A stretch of DNA of 64,000 nucleotides, from NCBI GenBank assembly GCA_965178125.1, contig OZ237774.1:248001-312000 (forward strand), given 5' to 3'. Every line of letters begins with the position of its first letter. Position 1 is the first letter of the stretch. Positions 13,701 through 27,029 of the stretch are shown here, one piece after another. Below the pieces are notes generated by a model. The model ran no database searches. It was not told the origin of the DNA and saw nothing but the letters and a program-made list of their open reading frames with translations. Source of the DNA: Bilabrum cf. latius. Its lineage: Eukaryota. The translations under genes and the position numbers were made by a program.

Positions 13701-16700
13701 GCACTAGTCCATTGTGAACACCATCCTGCGGGATCCACCTCAGGGGTGTCTTTGTTCTTACATCTCGCTCTATTTGACGACTTGCACTGGTGGATTCATT
13801 CGCTTCGATCCACCCGCTCGATTTGATGCAATCAAGCTCGTCGATGCCGGAATGGCAGGCTGCATCTGCGTGCGACCAGCTGTCCCCGGTGCCATTGCTC
13901 ATCAATCCCAACCGGCGGATCTGCTGCATAACCCCGTCCTGCCAGCCGACCAGTCGCACACTAGACCCACGCTCAAGGCTGATTGCCTCCACCGACACCC
14001 GCCCAAGGGCGCTAACCATGGCTCCCAAAGCCTGCGGAGACAGCGGGTACCCGCCCGACTCGCGCATGTTGAGGGTCAGTCGAACCGGCCTAACAGCAGC
14101 AGACACAATGGAAGCACCACCTAGAGTCGCGTTGCCATCGCCGACAGATGTTTTCAGCACGCGCTCCTCGAAGCCGAGCGGTGCGTCGTACATGTGCACC
14201 TCCAGCCATGACACGTGGGGATGGGCGGGCCTGTCTGCCTCCATGATGCTGATCTGGAGACTATCCGCGCTAGCGGATTGACTGCTACCGACTACATCGT
14301 GCTGCTAGTCTACTTGTGCCTGCCCCTGCAACCTGTAAGCTGCCCCAGCCACTAAGTTACTGCCGGTGGTGCACACGGGTACTCGCACGTGCGAGTGAGG
14401 TTCCCAGGATGTAGGCGAGTCATCGGCTGCGGCAGGCCAGGCAGTGCTCGTGCCTGTTTCCGGTGCAAGCAGCGAGGCAGCCGCGTGCCCTCTTGCGGCC
14501 ATGATCTTCATGTAAGTCGCGTCACTCTATAGCACCTCTGGAAGGGATGTCCCGAAGGTGGCCCTGGCCCGAGTACTGCCAGCGGCTTCCATTGCTTCGG
14601 CAATGGACGGCAACACGATCGGGTCAGACGATCCCCTCTGGCCACCCCACCCATACGGGGCCCATTCAGCAGCAACTTCGAGAGGAGCTACTGCGAATGA
14701 CTCACGGATCGATAGACCGCCAACGATGGCGTTCCCTTTGCTGTCCCGCAGGGCGAGGGCTGCCTGTGAGCAACGCCCCAAAGGCACACGCAGGGGTGTG
14801 ACGAAGAATGACGATGGGACGTCCGCGTCATGGGCGATAACGTCTATGTCCACGTCAGGAGTCATGGGCACTGAGCTGGACGTCACAGACATGGTGTAGT
14901 GTCCAGCCACGGTGCAAGTGATGGGCATGCGCACCAGCTGCCGCCCCTGCTGAATCTGTGGATTCTGCGCTGAACAGCTGGACGGGTCACCCCGTTGCAT
15001 CACGCGCGTTGTCCCGGTGGCGTCGGTCACTGTCAGAGACCTGAGCGCAAATTGGAACTGCGGGTTTGCTATGAAGACGACATGACTGTACACGTTGTTG
15101 AATGCACTGTCGCGGATGTCCAGGTTCACCATCGTCTGCAAGCCAGCTATCAGCACCGATGATGCCAAGGCAACGCCTGACTTTGCGGTGTTGAACAGAG
15201 GAACCGCTCGAGAGGCGGTCGGGTCCGGTACCCCCACTGCAGAGACAGACATGGACATGCTGCTACTAGATCGTCTCCCCATCGTCACTGCCACCATGCG
15301 CACTGAGTGCTGGTTGTTGCCCATGGCTACCTCTGTGAACTCAAAGATGAATGAAACGTCGAACGATCCATCGCCCCTGTCCACAATCCCAGTGATGTTG
15401 GCTCGGATACCCGCCGTCCTCCAGCTGACACCTGCGCCAGCCGCCGTTGCTCCCGTTTCTGCCGCGCCAGGTTCCACCAGCAGAGACAGAAATAGAGTAG
15501 GATCGGCCAATCCAGGGCTGGTCGTCACTCGAGTCGTCGGTGCCGTTCGCAGGAGAAATCGAAGGGTATATTCCTCTGCGGCAGGAAGCGAAATGTCGCC
15601 CGTGGTGAAATCTGTGTAAGCAGGGTTGAAGGGCAGGGTAGACGGCCAGTAGAGCTGCAGGGTGCGGGGCCCCTCGCGAGCCTGCTCCAGAGCGAAGAAC
15701 TGTGACGAGTACGCGGACTGGCTTCCCGCACTAGTCACGTTCGGGCACGTGTTGGAGTCGAGCGGAGCCCAGGCTGCGTGCATGCGCGCAGCCCCTGCAG
15801 CCACGTCGGGAAAGCCAGTGAACACCGCGGCATACCCGTCGTCTGCCGCAAGCTCAAGGGGAGTCAGCGGGAAGGTTGCTACCCCTGTGCTTGGAAGGCC
15901 TGCGCTCGTCACACCGGCCGGGCGGTCAATGGCGGCGCATATCTTGCGACTGGAGCGCAGTCCTGCGGCCCTGCCCACCCTCGCAACGACTAGCCCAGCG
16001 GAGGGGAGGTTGCGCCTGCTTCGCTGCACCCCGCCCGCAGCGTCTCCCATGATTAGCAGGTTGGAACCATCCAGTCGGCTGCCATTGGAGATAAGGTCCA
16101 TCACTGAGAGCGTGCCCGTGCTGGTCACCTCTGACGCATCGTACCTGAAAGGCAGCTGTGACTCGTTCACGGGCGGGTGCATGCCAAGCGGCCCGCGCAC
16201 GGGGTGCCACACTGCCACCCGGTACATGATCGTATACGGGGGCTGAATCTGCGCGATCTCGATGGTTTCAACGGCGCGCAGATCCGCCGTAATTTCCAGG
16301 TCGAAAATAGACCCATCTTGAGTCGTGTTTGCGGTGATGACATCCAGCGCCACAGTGCGCTGCCGCACCGTCGCTGGGGCTAAGCTGACAATATCATCTG
16401 GCTGAGCAGGATCAAGGAACTGAACCTATGCCCGGATGCCAGGAAGCAACCTGGCCCCCGCATCCCCAGCACGTTGCCCTGACGCATCCAGTGTGACGAT
16501 CCCAGCGATAACCTGGTCCCCATCTGTGGACACCTGAATGCCGCTGGCCTGCCCCGACTCCTGCCCCAGGAAGGCAACTACGTAGGACCGGGCCGTGGTC
16601 GGCCCGCCTGACGATTGCATTCCGGTGTCCTATTCCGATCGCTGGATTGGTAGCGCGTCCGCGACAGGGGCCCAGTCGGCAGCACTTGAGCCTGCATGCC

Positions 16701-19700
16701 CAGGGATATCAGAAGCATCAGCCACCAGTCGCTGTCCAAACACAGCGGACCCTGGCACATCCAAAAGTTGGTCGTGCAACGTCGCATACATGGATACGTA
16801 TCCAGCGGAACCGCTTGCGCCCGCACTACCTTGTAGTGCAGCGTGGCCCAGAGGACCAGCAGGCACCCATGTTTCGAGATCCTTTCCAAGCACTGCCTGT
16901 GATCCATACTTCGTAGTAGTAGTATTCGATGCCAGCATACCTACTGCCATGGCTGCCAGCGTCTCTGATCCAGCGTTGCAGCCTAGCTCAGTCGCATTCC
17001 AAGCGCCTTCTTGCAGCAGATCATGCGCCATGCCATGGAGCACGTCCACGAACGATCTAGTGCTAGTGCCAGTGAGGCTCTGGGGAAAGTCGGCCCATAG
17101 CAGCGCGCTGCGCACTGCCTCCACAAGCAAGATGCATCTATCATCGGCGACACGTGTGTCCAGTGCAGTCACTGCACCCTCCACCGAATCGGACTGCACC
17201 TGCGGGGATCCAAGCAAGGAGCTGACACAGCGGGAATTGAACTGGGGACTGCTAGTCCTAGGGTCCGGTGTCGATGCACCACTGGAGTCAACGTCCTAGG
17301 GCTAAACACAGTCCACCTCCACGAGCGCGCGCGCACCATCCCGGCTCAGGCCCTAGAACGGTGCAACTATGGGCTGCAGCACTGCATCACCGCCTTCTGC
17401 CAGCGTTCCAGACCACAGTACCTGCACGGTGGTATACGAGGAATCGAGGCCGAGAGTCTGCAAACCATAGCGAGCTATCACGTCTCGCGACCGCTTGTAG
17501 TGTGGAGCGGTGGGCTGCAGGGCCGCTTCCCACAGCTCATGCGAAAGACTCCTGCCATGGCTAGATAGCCAATTCACAGGTGGATGCAACTGAGAGTAAT
17601 TCATGCCGCCCGCTGTGGACTCAACCAGAGAGGCAGCATCCAGTCTTGCGCCCAGCCAAGCGCCATCTACTGAATGGTCGCTTGCAGCAGCGAGCCATGT
17701 CCCGATAGCGATCGACCCGTCGGATGCACTCAGCTATCTCGCCACTGCGATAGAAGCACTTGCGTTAGTCCTCCCCGGCAGAATGCCAGCAATGGACGAT
17801 TGGGATGACGTGGTGGTGTTTTCATCACAGTTCGATGCGGCAGTCGCCGTTGCCACAAGTCCCGAAATTGCCCTACCTGCAGCCTGCGCGCTGGAAGCAG
17901 CATGAACGCCGTCTCCACAGTCAGCACTCGAGACACCGTCGGTCTAAGCAAGCCCACAGGTCTCGTTGAAGCTGGAACCACGCGAGCCTTCAACGTCCAT
18001 TTCAAATCGAGGTCGCCACGGCCAGGACAACTGCTCCGATTCGCGGTAGCTTCGGCCAATGGCCAGCCCGAACGGGCCTGTAGTGCCATCCAGTGCATGC
18101 GGGTGAATGGGGCTGCAACCAGCGTCAGCCTGCACTCGTCGTAGTGGGAAATAGCTGCCTGAATCATCGGCCTAGCCTGCAGTGTCCTGCGCCACACGCA
18201 CCCTCGTTCCCGAACCTGCAACGGAGAGCAGCACCGGCCCAGTTCCATTCGTGACTGGATCGAAAATAGACACGTTCAGACCCAGCCCAGGGAGCCCACT
18301 ACTTTGCCTCATTACCACATCAAGCACACCGCTTTGCGATGCACTGACTTCATCGGCAGCTTGTAATGCCGCACTCAAAGTTGGGCCTCCATCCGTACTG
18401 GCGCACGAGACCAGAGGCCGGCGCCGGCCGCCGAGCCACATGGCCCTACGCACCGCATCTTCCAGCAGCTGCCGGCTCCCACCAATGTACGGTAGGGAAC
18501 ACATATCTATGGATTCGGGGCCTAGAAGGGGCCTGGCACGTCGCGCTGCGCCATCTGCGCCCCAGACGAGTGGAAACCCCTCTCCATTCTCTCTCGGCAC
18601 GTACCACGCCCCCATCACGTTGCTCTATGCAGCTGCTTCCCTACTGCTGAGGTTCACTGCGGGTATCTCCGTGCCAGACATAGTGAGCTGGGCGCCGGTG
18701 GCAAGCGCCCCAAATGGTATCTACAGGTTAGCTGACAGGCGAACCGAGCCCTCGCTCTACTGGGCCTAATGGGTACTGATTGCTCCGGAGTCGTTCACAC
18801 TGACCACGCTAGGCAGCACCTGCAATAGACAATCGTCGGTTGCCACAGTCCGGCGCAATCCACCCGCCCACTCTACGGTGGCTTGCACATCACACGCATG
18901 ACCCTCAAGTACATCGGCTTTCCTACTGCCTGTAAGCTCGTCGAGCCAAGCACCGCCAAGGGAGTGCGTATCGCCGTCCAGTCCAACGGTCGCGAGGTTG
19001 AATGCGGCTGTGAGAGGCAAGCCAGACTGCAGGGCATGCTCCCATGGCATGGATGATGACTGATCATCATTCCCAGGGGCATGGACCATCCTCACTGGCA
19101 GCATCACGCCAACGGTGCCCAGGTGTCCCATCGAGCCGCTCGTGGCACTCCCCAAGAGGGCAGATCCAATCATGCACCCGATGTCCAGACTCAGGTATCC
19201 ACCGGCAGACTCACCTGAAATGCAAGGCGAGATGTTGCTTGCGTTCATATCCATGCCTAGACTCGTATGCTGCCAAAAATCCCCGACAAACTCAAGAGCA
19301 CCGGAGCCATTCGCGGCGCTCCCTAGGGCAGCGTCGGCGGCCCGGCCAGTCGAAGCGACCCAGCCAGCCGCCAGTGACAATGCCGCCGGCTCATGCGACA
19401 TAAGCTGCCCAGTCAAACCATCCACAGGCCGTATGCTATCGACCGCATCCACAAGTCCATCTAGCTGCCCAGCGTAAATGGCATGTGTCAGGTTGGCCGA
19501 CTCAGATTGGAATAGGGCCGTGGCCTGTCCGATCGCAGCAGCAACTCGAGAGAGACAGGCCTGCGTGCCTTCATTCCCGCATGAAAGCAGCGTTGACTGG
19601 CTGGAGCTGGCAAATTCAACGAGACCGAGCGCTGTGTTGCCATCGCCAGCCCCGTGCAACCAAGCAGCTAGATCAGCTCGAGCAGCTTCACCAGATGCAG

Positions 19701-22700
19701 GCACGAATGATGCTCCGATTAATACCTCATCGTCCAGGATGCTCCTCACACGAGCCTCACCTGCGTGCATCTATACAAGCACTCCACTACGAGACCCGAC
19801 GAGTGTCAGCGGATCTGCATCGTACTGTGGTACAGTCTCCAGACCGCCTGCCTCACCAGTCCTCGCGAAATGGCCTGGAGCAATGGCGCGGCCTGCTGCC
19901 AACTTCAGCGACTCGTTCATTGACCCATCCATGCCCATGAATGGCACAATGGGGACACGGATGGCCATGGTTGCATTCTAGCCGGTCCACGTCACGCCCT
20001 CAAGCTGCAGTCCAATGGTGCCATCCGACTGCACCTCACATGCTACACCGCCCAGCACTCGCACAGAGGCAGGGACAAGGGCCAGGTCTACTCGACGAGT
20101 CGCGTTCGCAGGCACCACTCCATCGATTGAGAGCGAACCCTACATTGGCTACATCGACGGACGCAGAGTGGATTTCCCCAAAATGGTGCAAGCTGCCTAT
20201 CCCCCGGTGCAGTCGAGAAGATCCATCGAGTCTGCTTTGCCCAAACAGGGCACGTCTTCGTCCTGCAAGAGCAATCTAGCAGCTGGAGCTGCAGACGTGA
20301 AGTCAACGGGGATCGGTCCGGTGCATGCGGATCCTCTGTGCAGGGCAGACATTGATACTCTGGGGGCGAGGCCATGCGACGGCACGATTACCGTGACGTT
20401 CGCAACATCCAGCAGATCGATCAACACGTGCTGCTGCTTCGCGCCGTAAACCAACCCAGCACCCGACTCGTCAATTAAGCGCACCTCAGTAATCGATTGA
20501 ATTGCATACTGCATTCCAGCAGTCAAGTTGCGAGCCGATGCAGGTAATGGTACTGATACATCGACTGGAGTGCCCTCACCGGGCTCACGGTACTCTTCCA
20601 TGCAGGCTCTGTCATACCCTCCACGCCTGCCAACGCTTGTATCCCAACGAACCATCGGGCAAATGCCTAGCTGCATGCGGACGGCTGGGTCTCCTGGCAG
20701 AAGGGACGTGACAATGCCGGCCTACGAAGCCCGATTGCCCAGGCAATCAACCACGCTGGACACGTTTGAGAGGGCCCGCTGCAAGTCCATGTCGGAACCG
20801 CCAAGCCCAAGCAGTGCTCGCCACGATTCAACCAGGCCGGACGCATGCGTGTCTGTGCACTCGTTGCTTGGAACCACAGCGATATTCACTCGCTGCAGTG
20901 CAGTGCTTTGAGCCGTCATGTTGGTGGAGGCACTCACCGATGCTCCTCCCTGCGGCGTCAACCCTGCCGTCACTTCCAGCCCGATGAAGTGGCCTGGCGC
21001 TGTGGCGCTGTCAAACTGTCCAGACCACGCGCACCCGTCACTAGTCACAGCAGAGGCTGACAATCCAAACGTCCCCGTATTATTGCCAGAATGCGAGGCC
21101 GTGGACCGTACTGCCCTCACGTCGATCGCCCCATTGGCTGCAGCAGGCACGACAGGTCCAGAGCCTCCATATCGCACTTCGACACACACTGTCTCCCCTG
21201 CGATGACAGTTACAACTGGTGGTGCACCGACATTTATCCCGGCTTGACTCGCATACAGGGGCAAAGGCGCCTGCAAAATACCCGAATTCACGAGCAAGTC
21301 GAACGAAAGGCCTTGCAGAGCCTGACCCCGACCCACCCCCCCTGGCACCCCTTCATCTGCAACACCTTCCGCCAAGTCTGCAAGACTCCACAGCACCGTG
21401 AATGCATCGCCAGGCACGCTCATGCCAAATCGCAGCTCCGGGTTGCACCTCTCCTGCCCCTCGGCACAGGCGCACTGTCCCCCGGTCGAATCACCGACCC
21501 AATCCGCGGGTTCGGCTGGTGACAGCCAAACTGTCTGCAGCACCGCTCCAGTGGACGCATGTATCTGCCAAGTGCCCCATGGCGCTGCTTGGCGCACGTC
21601 TGCCACGGCTGCCGGTGTCCCGTCCATCGATGCCACCAGTGCGGCCAGCACGCTGGATCCAGCGCTCACGTGAACAGTCCCGTTCGAAGCCAGCAGAGCG
21701 TCTTTCTCGCGGCCGAGATCCAAGGGCCACGGCCGCTGCAATGCAACCAGCCCGGACGACCTCTCTCCGTCTGGTATCTCAACGGACATGTCGATGCCTT
21801 GCAGCATCACAGCACACGGAAACTCATTCGCTGGTGCACCGCTGGATCTGCTGCAAGCGGACTTGAACACGGCAGGCCTGGCGAGGCCACCGGCAGTAGA
21901 TGCCGCGGTGGTGCCAAGCTGAACATTGGTTGCAGCGCTGCAGTTCAATGCGCCAGCCGTGCCTGGTAGCACGGCCAGCTGCGCCATCGACGAGTCTGCC
22001 AAACGGCTTCCCACGTCTTGCTCGTCACTACCCGAAATTGTGCTCATTGGAACCACATCTGCCACCTGTGACCACTGACCTTCGGTACAGCACGCATTGA
22101 ATGACCCGGTCACGGTGAAGTCATCCAGCATCATCGATGCCTCCTCTGCAACTGAAGATGACACCGTCTGCCCCAGGATGTGCAGCGCCTGCGGGAGACA
22201 CGCAGTCACCTTCACTTTGCCTAATCGAATCTCACGGAGCCACGGACAACTATCACGTCGCTCTTGCTGAGCAAAGGCAGCGTGCAGCTCAATGTCAGCC
22301 ACTGGCGCAGGCTGCATCAAAAGACCAGGCACGGCTGCAGGAGGGAGCCATGCGGGAAGAGAGCCTGTAATGCGGTTCCAAATTTCTTCCAGAGGCTAAC
22401 CCTGATCCCCATGCGGCGCATCAACTGTCAGAATGGCCGATGCCAGCGCTGCACTTGCGGCGGCTGCCGGCTGCACGCAGCCCTGGACATTGACTGTGGC
22501 ACGAATGCCAGAGCCAGCAGGTACCGCTGACACACAGGCTGTGCACATCAGACCCGATTCGGCCTCGCTGACGGTTTGGTTCTCAGCACGGCACGCGCAT
22601 GCCTACCGATCCACAGTTCCGCGAGCTGCCTCGAAGAGCGCCTGCTCCACTGTACTATCCACGGCCCACACCTGCATGGCATACCCACTGGCAAACACAG

Positions 22701-25700
22701 CACCCAGCGCCGACCCGTCGCCCGCAGGAGCTACAGGATTGGCACCTGCTAGTCCGTTTGAGGTGTCCTCCTGCAACTCGCCGAGATACTTTTCCGCTGA
22801 ACCACTACTCGCAGCTACGGTCAGACGCACAGCTGGCACGCCACCGTCGACTGGTGGCCCGACTGCCAAGCGACCAAGCTCCTCGGCGGCTGTTCGAGAT
22901 GCCAACACCAGCACTTCCGGCACATTGCCAGCGCAAGCCCACTTGAGCTCCTGGCCAGATCGATCTCCGTCAGATTCAGCTGCACTGCTAATCCCACCCA
23001 TGCTTCCTATAGTTACGATGCCAGCCGCGCCAGAGACAGCCGGGTGATGAAGCCGTGCACCTTCCCATTCCAGCACGCTGGGCAAGCTCTTAATTCCATC
23101 GTGTGCGAGTGAACCACTCGCCTCTCCAGCCCTGACGACCCTAGCCGATGCTGCCAGAGGGCACACGCTGTTGCGAGCGAGGCACCTTGCACGCTCCCAG
23201 GCTGCTACGCTGAACGCACGCGGTGAAGAGGCAGGGGCACTCGTCGCTGTACCCTCACCATCGGTCAGGTTGCACGCCCGGCCCAGCTCGTGCAGGGAGA
23301 CCGCACCGGCGCTAGGTGCGCTGCCTGGTCGTGCTGCAGTGGGCTGCACCCACGCGGTCTGTGAGGTTGTCAGCGCGGCGCCACGGCCGAGGGCTCGCGC
23401 CATGCCACGCGATTCCACTTCCCCTGCTAGAGCGGTCCACCCGGGCGGCAGAACAGCCACACCTGCTCTGTACCAGATATCTTCAATTGAACCTTGATCG
23501 TCACCGCCAAGGACCCACAGGCTATCCCCAAAAGGGGCTCCCATGGAGCTGATGGCCTCCGATTCGTCCTGCAGGGCGGCCACGTCCTGCCATCGGGCAA
23601 CGACCGGAGATGCGCCCGTTTGGCCAGTAGCACTGGCTGCTGCGACCTGAACCGAATGCGCACCGCTCTCTGTGGATGCGTCCTGCGGCTGCTCGGAAGA
23701 ACCCATGCTGTACCCTGTGGCGATGATGACTGGTGGCATGGGACCCGCTGCCGTTGGCAAGCCCCCATCGCTCCCGGTAGCAGTACCAGCTTGCGCATCG
23801 CCTCCTTCCAGGCGACTCCACCTTGACAGCAGCAGCCCGCACGCAGCTCCCATCCTTGCCTGCTCGTCCATGCTCGTCGTATAACCACCCCCTGCCGCAA
23901 CAGGCAGGAGGCTCGACACATTCACCCGAGCGATTACGCTGCTTTCGTCCTTCCCACAGCTTGGGGTGAACCACTCACCTGACCCTGCATTCCCGTCCTC
24001 GTCCTCACCGCACAGGATCGCCTCGAGGTCGCAGGGGTGGCCCCCGTGAGGAACAATGGAGAGAGACAGGTGCCTTGAGGAAACCGCTGTATCGGAAACG
24101 TCATGGATCAGGCGCCGCATCCACTGCTCATCGAGCTCAACGGACATATCAGCGCACATGGGCAGCTCGTGCAGAGACAGCTCGCCTGCAGTTGTAGTAG
24201 TTGGCACAACTGACCCACCGGACAGCGGGGCGCGCTGGTACGCGTCCAGCCAATCGAGAGGACCAGGCGCTGCCAGCTGCTGCTGGGACAGATCCAGGTC
24301 CAGCACTGCAGATGCTGGTGAACTGGATGTGGCTGCAGTGGACTGCACCCAGCGGTCGGAAGGCACCAGGTCCCTCGGTACACTGGCCGCAGGTGACAGG
24401 CCGGCGCTCTGGTGTGTTAGGGCAGGAAGGCACACAGCCACCTGCGCCGTGCCCCTCGCAGCAGCCCGGTTCCTCGCAGCACGTGGATCATGCACCCCCC
24501 GCAGGTCGATTTGGCCAGATCCCGTGACGAGTGCACCGAGATCCAGACCAGCGGAAGCGCCCCGGTGCTCCTGCTCCTGCGTCTCACCGGTGTCTTGCCC
24601 CCACTGGCATGTAGTGGGACTGCTCCCGTTGTTCCCCGGCATGCTGCTGCCCCCCTGAGTACCGAATACCTCATCTGTAGGCCAATGCAGGGGCAGCGCA
24701 ATCGGCAGGTAGGTGGTCAAAGTGGCTGCCGCCGACACGGCTCCCTCGGCCACCGCCAGTCCCATGGCCATGGAAAGAGCCGACCGGCCCGGAGCTCCCC
24801 TGCCCGCTCGCGTCCCAGCGCGCGCCAGCGCCTCGGCAACCGCTCCAGTTGCGCTCGGAACCGCCGACTCTGATGCTCGGGACGAGCCACCGGTTGCAAC
24901 CTCGACTGCATCCTCGGCGGCAGCGGGGCCCAGAGTCAGGCCAAGGGACGCCCACGCTGGCCCGGCGTGTGACGAGTGCTGCTGCTGCTCGAGGGGCGCT
25001 GGTCGTGATCGGACTGTGACGGTGGGGAGGCTCCAGCCCACCCGGGACGCGCCTCTGACGCTGTGTGACGATTGAGACCCGTTGCTGATCAGTGCGGTTC
25101 CGAAGGCGTGCCCCGCTGCAATGGTACTACGCTGGACTATGATGGAATCGGAGCCGAAATCCACGGGGCCCACGGTACGGGGACTCAGCGTGAGCTAGGC
25201 CAGTGCCTGTTCCTCACTCGTCACACCACCCGTGCCCACCTGCCCCACGATAGGCATGCCCGAACGAAGGGCATTGGAATGTTCAGCGCGCACCGCCAGG
25301 CACGCCCACCGCGCCACACTTCCGGCTTGGTCGCGCCCCTCTTCCGTGTAGCCGAGGCAGAGAGTTTCTGGGGCAGAGGAGCCTGCAAGTGCGTGCGCCT
25401 GGATGTCTTCGCCTCGCATGTCGCAGAAGCTGTCAGAGCCCCAGGGTGCAGCCCCCACACAGACAATGAGACTGTTGTTTGTTCCCTGAATACCTGTCAG
25501 CGCGCCTGGACGGGGCTGCATCGCCCGTAGGCACCTGCTCGCGATCGGATCGGCGGCCAATGCCGCTCTGATCCCTGCGGTCGCTCGGCCGAACGCAGCA
25601 TCACCGCTGGAATCCAACCTTGCGTAGAACGGAATCTAACCAACCGGACAGGCTCCAGCCAACGGCGAGCCTGGTGATGGGATTAGCTGAGGGTCGAGTG

Positions 25701-26774
25701 GCTGCAATGCAATCATTGCATCAAAGCCGCTACCACCAGTGGAGCCATTGCCAGGTGCGACTAAACGCAAGTCGTCATGACCGAAATTAAGCAATCCCTC
25801 ATAGATCACTTGCTGTCCTCCTGGTTCTCCTTCATAGATTTCAAATGGTACGATCCAGCTTGAGTTGCTGTTTGACTGCGTACCTTGTGATGGACTAAAC
25901 ACGCCATCAACAAGCCGAGAATCGATTGATGCGTCATTGGCACTACGCGTAAGATCGTCGAAGTCTAGTATGTAGCACCCAAAGCTGTCTGAATACTACA
26001 TTTCTACTTCACCAAACTGTGACGACGAGGCTGCCAACTGCAGCATGTTTCGGGGACACGCGAGCATTCCTAACGGTAAGGAATTCTCCACCGATTGCAG
26101 AAGCTATGTATACACATCAGTGTCCCGACACTACCTCGTTCTAAGTGTGTGGCCCAGAATTTCAACTAGCGTTGGACTGCGAGGTGCAACAGCAGGGTAT
26201 CCGAACATTTTACAAGCTCCCGGCAACACAAGTGCGAAAATCTTAATACGATATGTGTCTTACGACGTTAATGATGAAGAAATCCCGTCCCATGCAACCA
26301 CTGAGTGCACTTCAGGTCGTGCGACGCTCGCTGAAGCAGTTGCCGAACAGGTTTGGTCTCCCAATTGCACAGCAGAAGATGGGCTACGAGACCAGGCCAT
26401 TTTTACCTTGGTGACTTCATCACAAGTTTTTAGCTGGTTTGGCAGCGTGCTGGAACTACTGGTACGATTATTGTAGCTGTTGGAGTCCCGGTTCTGCGTG
26501 GTCATCGTCGAGATTTCGGAAGGCTGGCAAGCTGCAATTTGACCGGAAGTTGGAATGCGCGCCGAGAATTTCCAGAGTAATATCATAATCTCACTATGAC
26601 TACCACTGCACGCGCGGTTGCTGCGTCCGTCGAGGCGTCACCCCCGTCGGTTCTGGTCTGTGACTGGCAGCTGAGCCCGGCAAAGAGCAGTTGCGAATGG
26701 CTTGCACCCGCTGCAAGAGGGGTGAATCCTGCGAAACTGCATGCTATAGCAACAAAGATGAGTTCTGTTAGCAT
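4756..26774 (-). CDS. Giant (~7,270 aa) predicted type-I membrane/cell-surface protein with filamin/Ig-like and Cys-rich modules
   Basis: About 24 consecutive track ORFs from 4756 to 25902 share one frame. From 26176 to 4759 I found ~40 TAG and no TAA or TGA; terminal TGA at 4756. Signal-peptide-like start MLTELIFVAIACSFAGF at 26774. Putative introns 26532-26641 (less sure) and 26177-26263 (87 nt, removes a TAA). TM helix at ~6775-6858. Confidence 0.8.
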
Positions 26775-27029
26775 TTGATTGCGGCGATTTGGACAGTACT
26801 GAATTGTCAAATGCGGCTGATTCGGGCGCAACGGCAGGTGGCGTTTCTGGAACGCAGTCATCGGCGGCGATGCGATCACCCTGCGGCAGTTCCGGTCTAC
26901 TAGTAGCGATTCCTGCGCAGGTGCAGGCATACAACTGCATCATGCTTTCACAAACTTTACGTTTCTTACATAAATCATGAAATATAAAGGCTGTTATATC
27001 CCGGTTCCAGCCGTTGCACCCGGTAGACT

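Noticed and set aside
5400-25500. Numerous plus-strand ORFs opposite the giant gene (likewise opposite CDC48 and PACRG)
   Set aside because: Antisense shadows expected in GC-rich coding DNA; no recognisable motifs.
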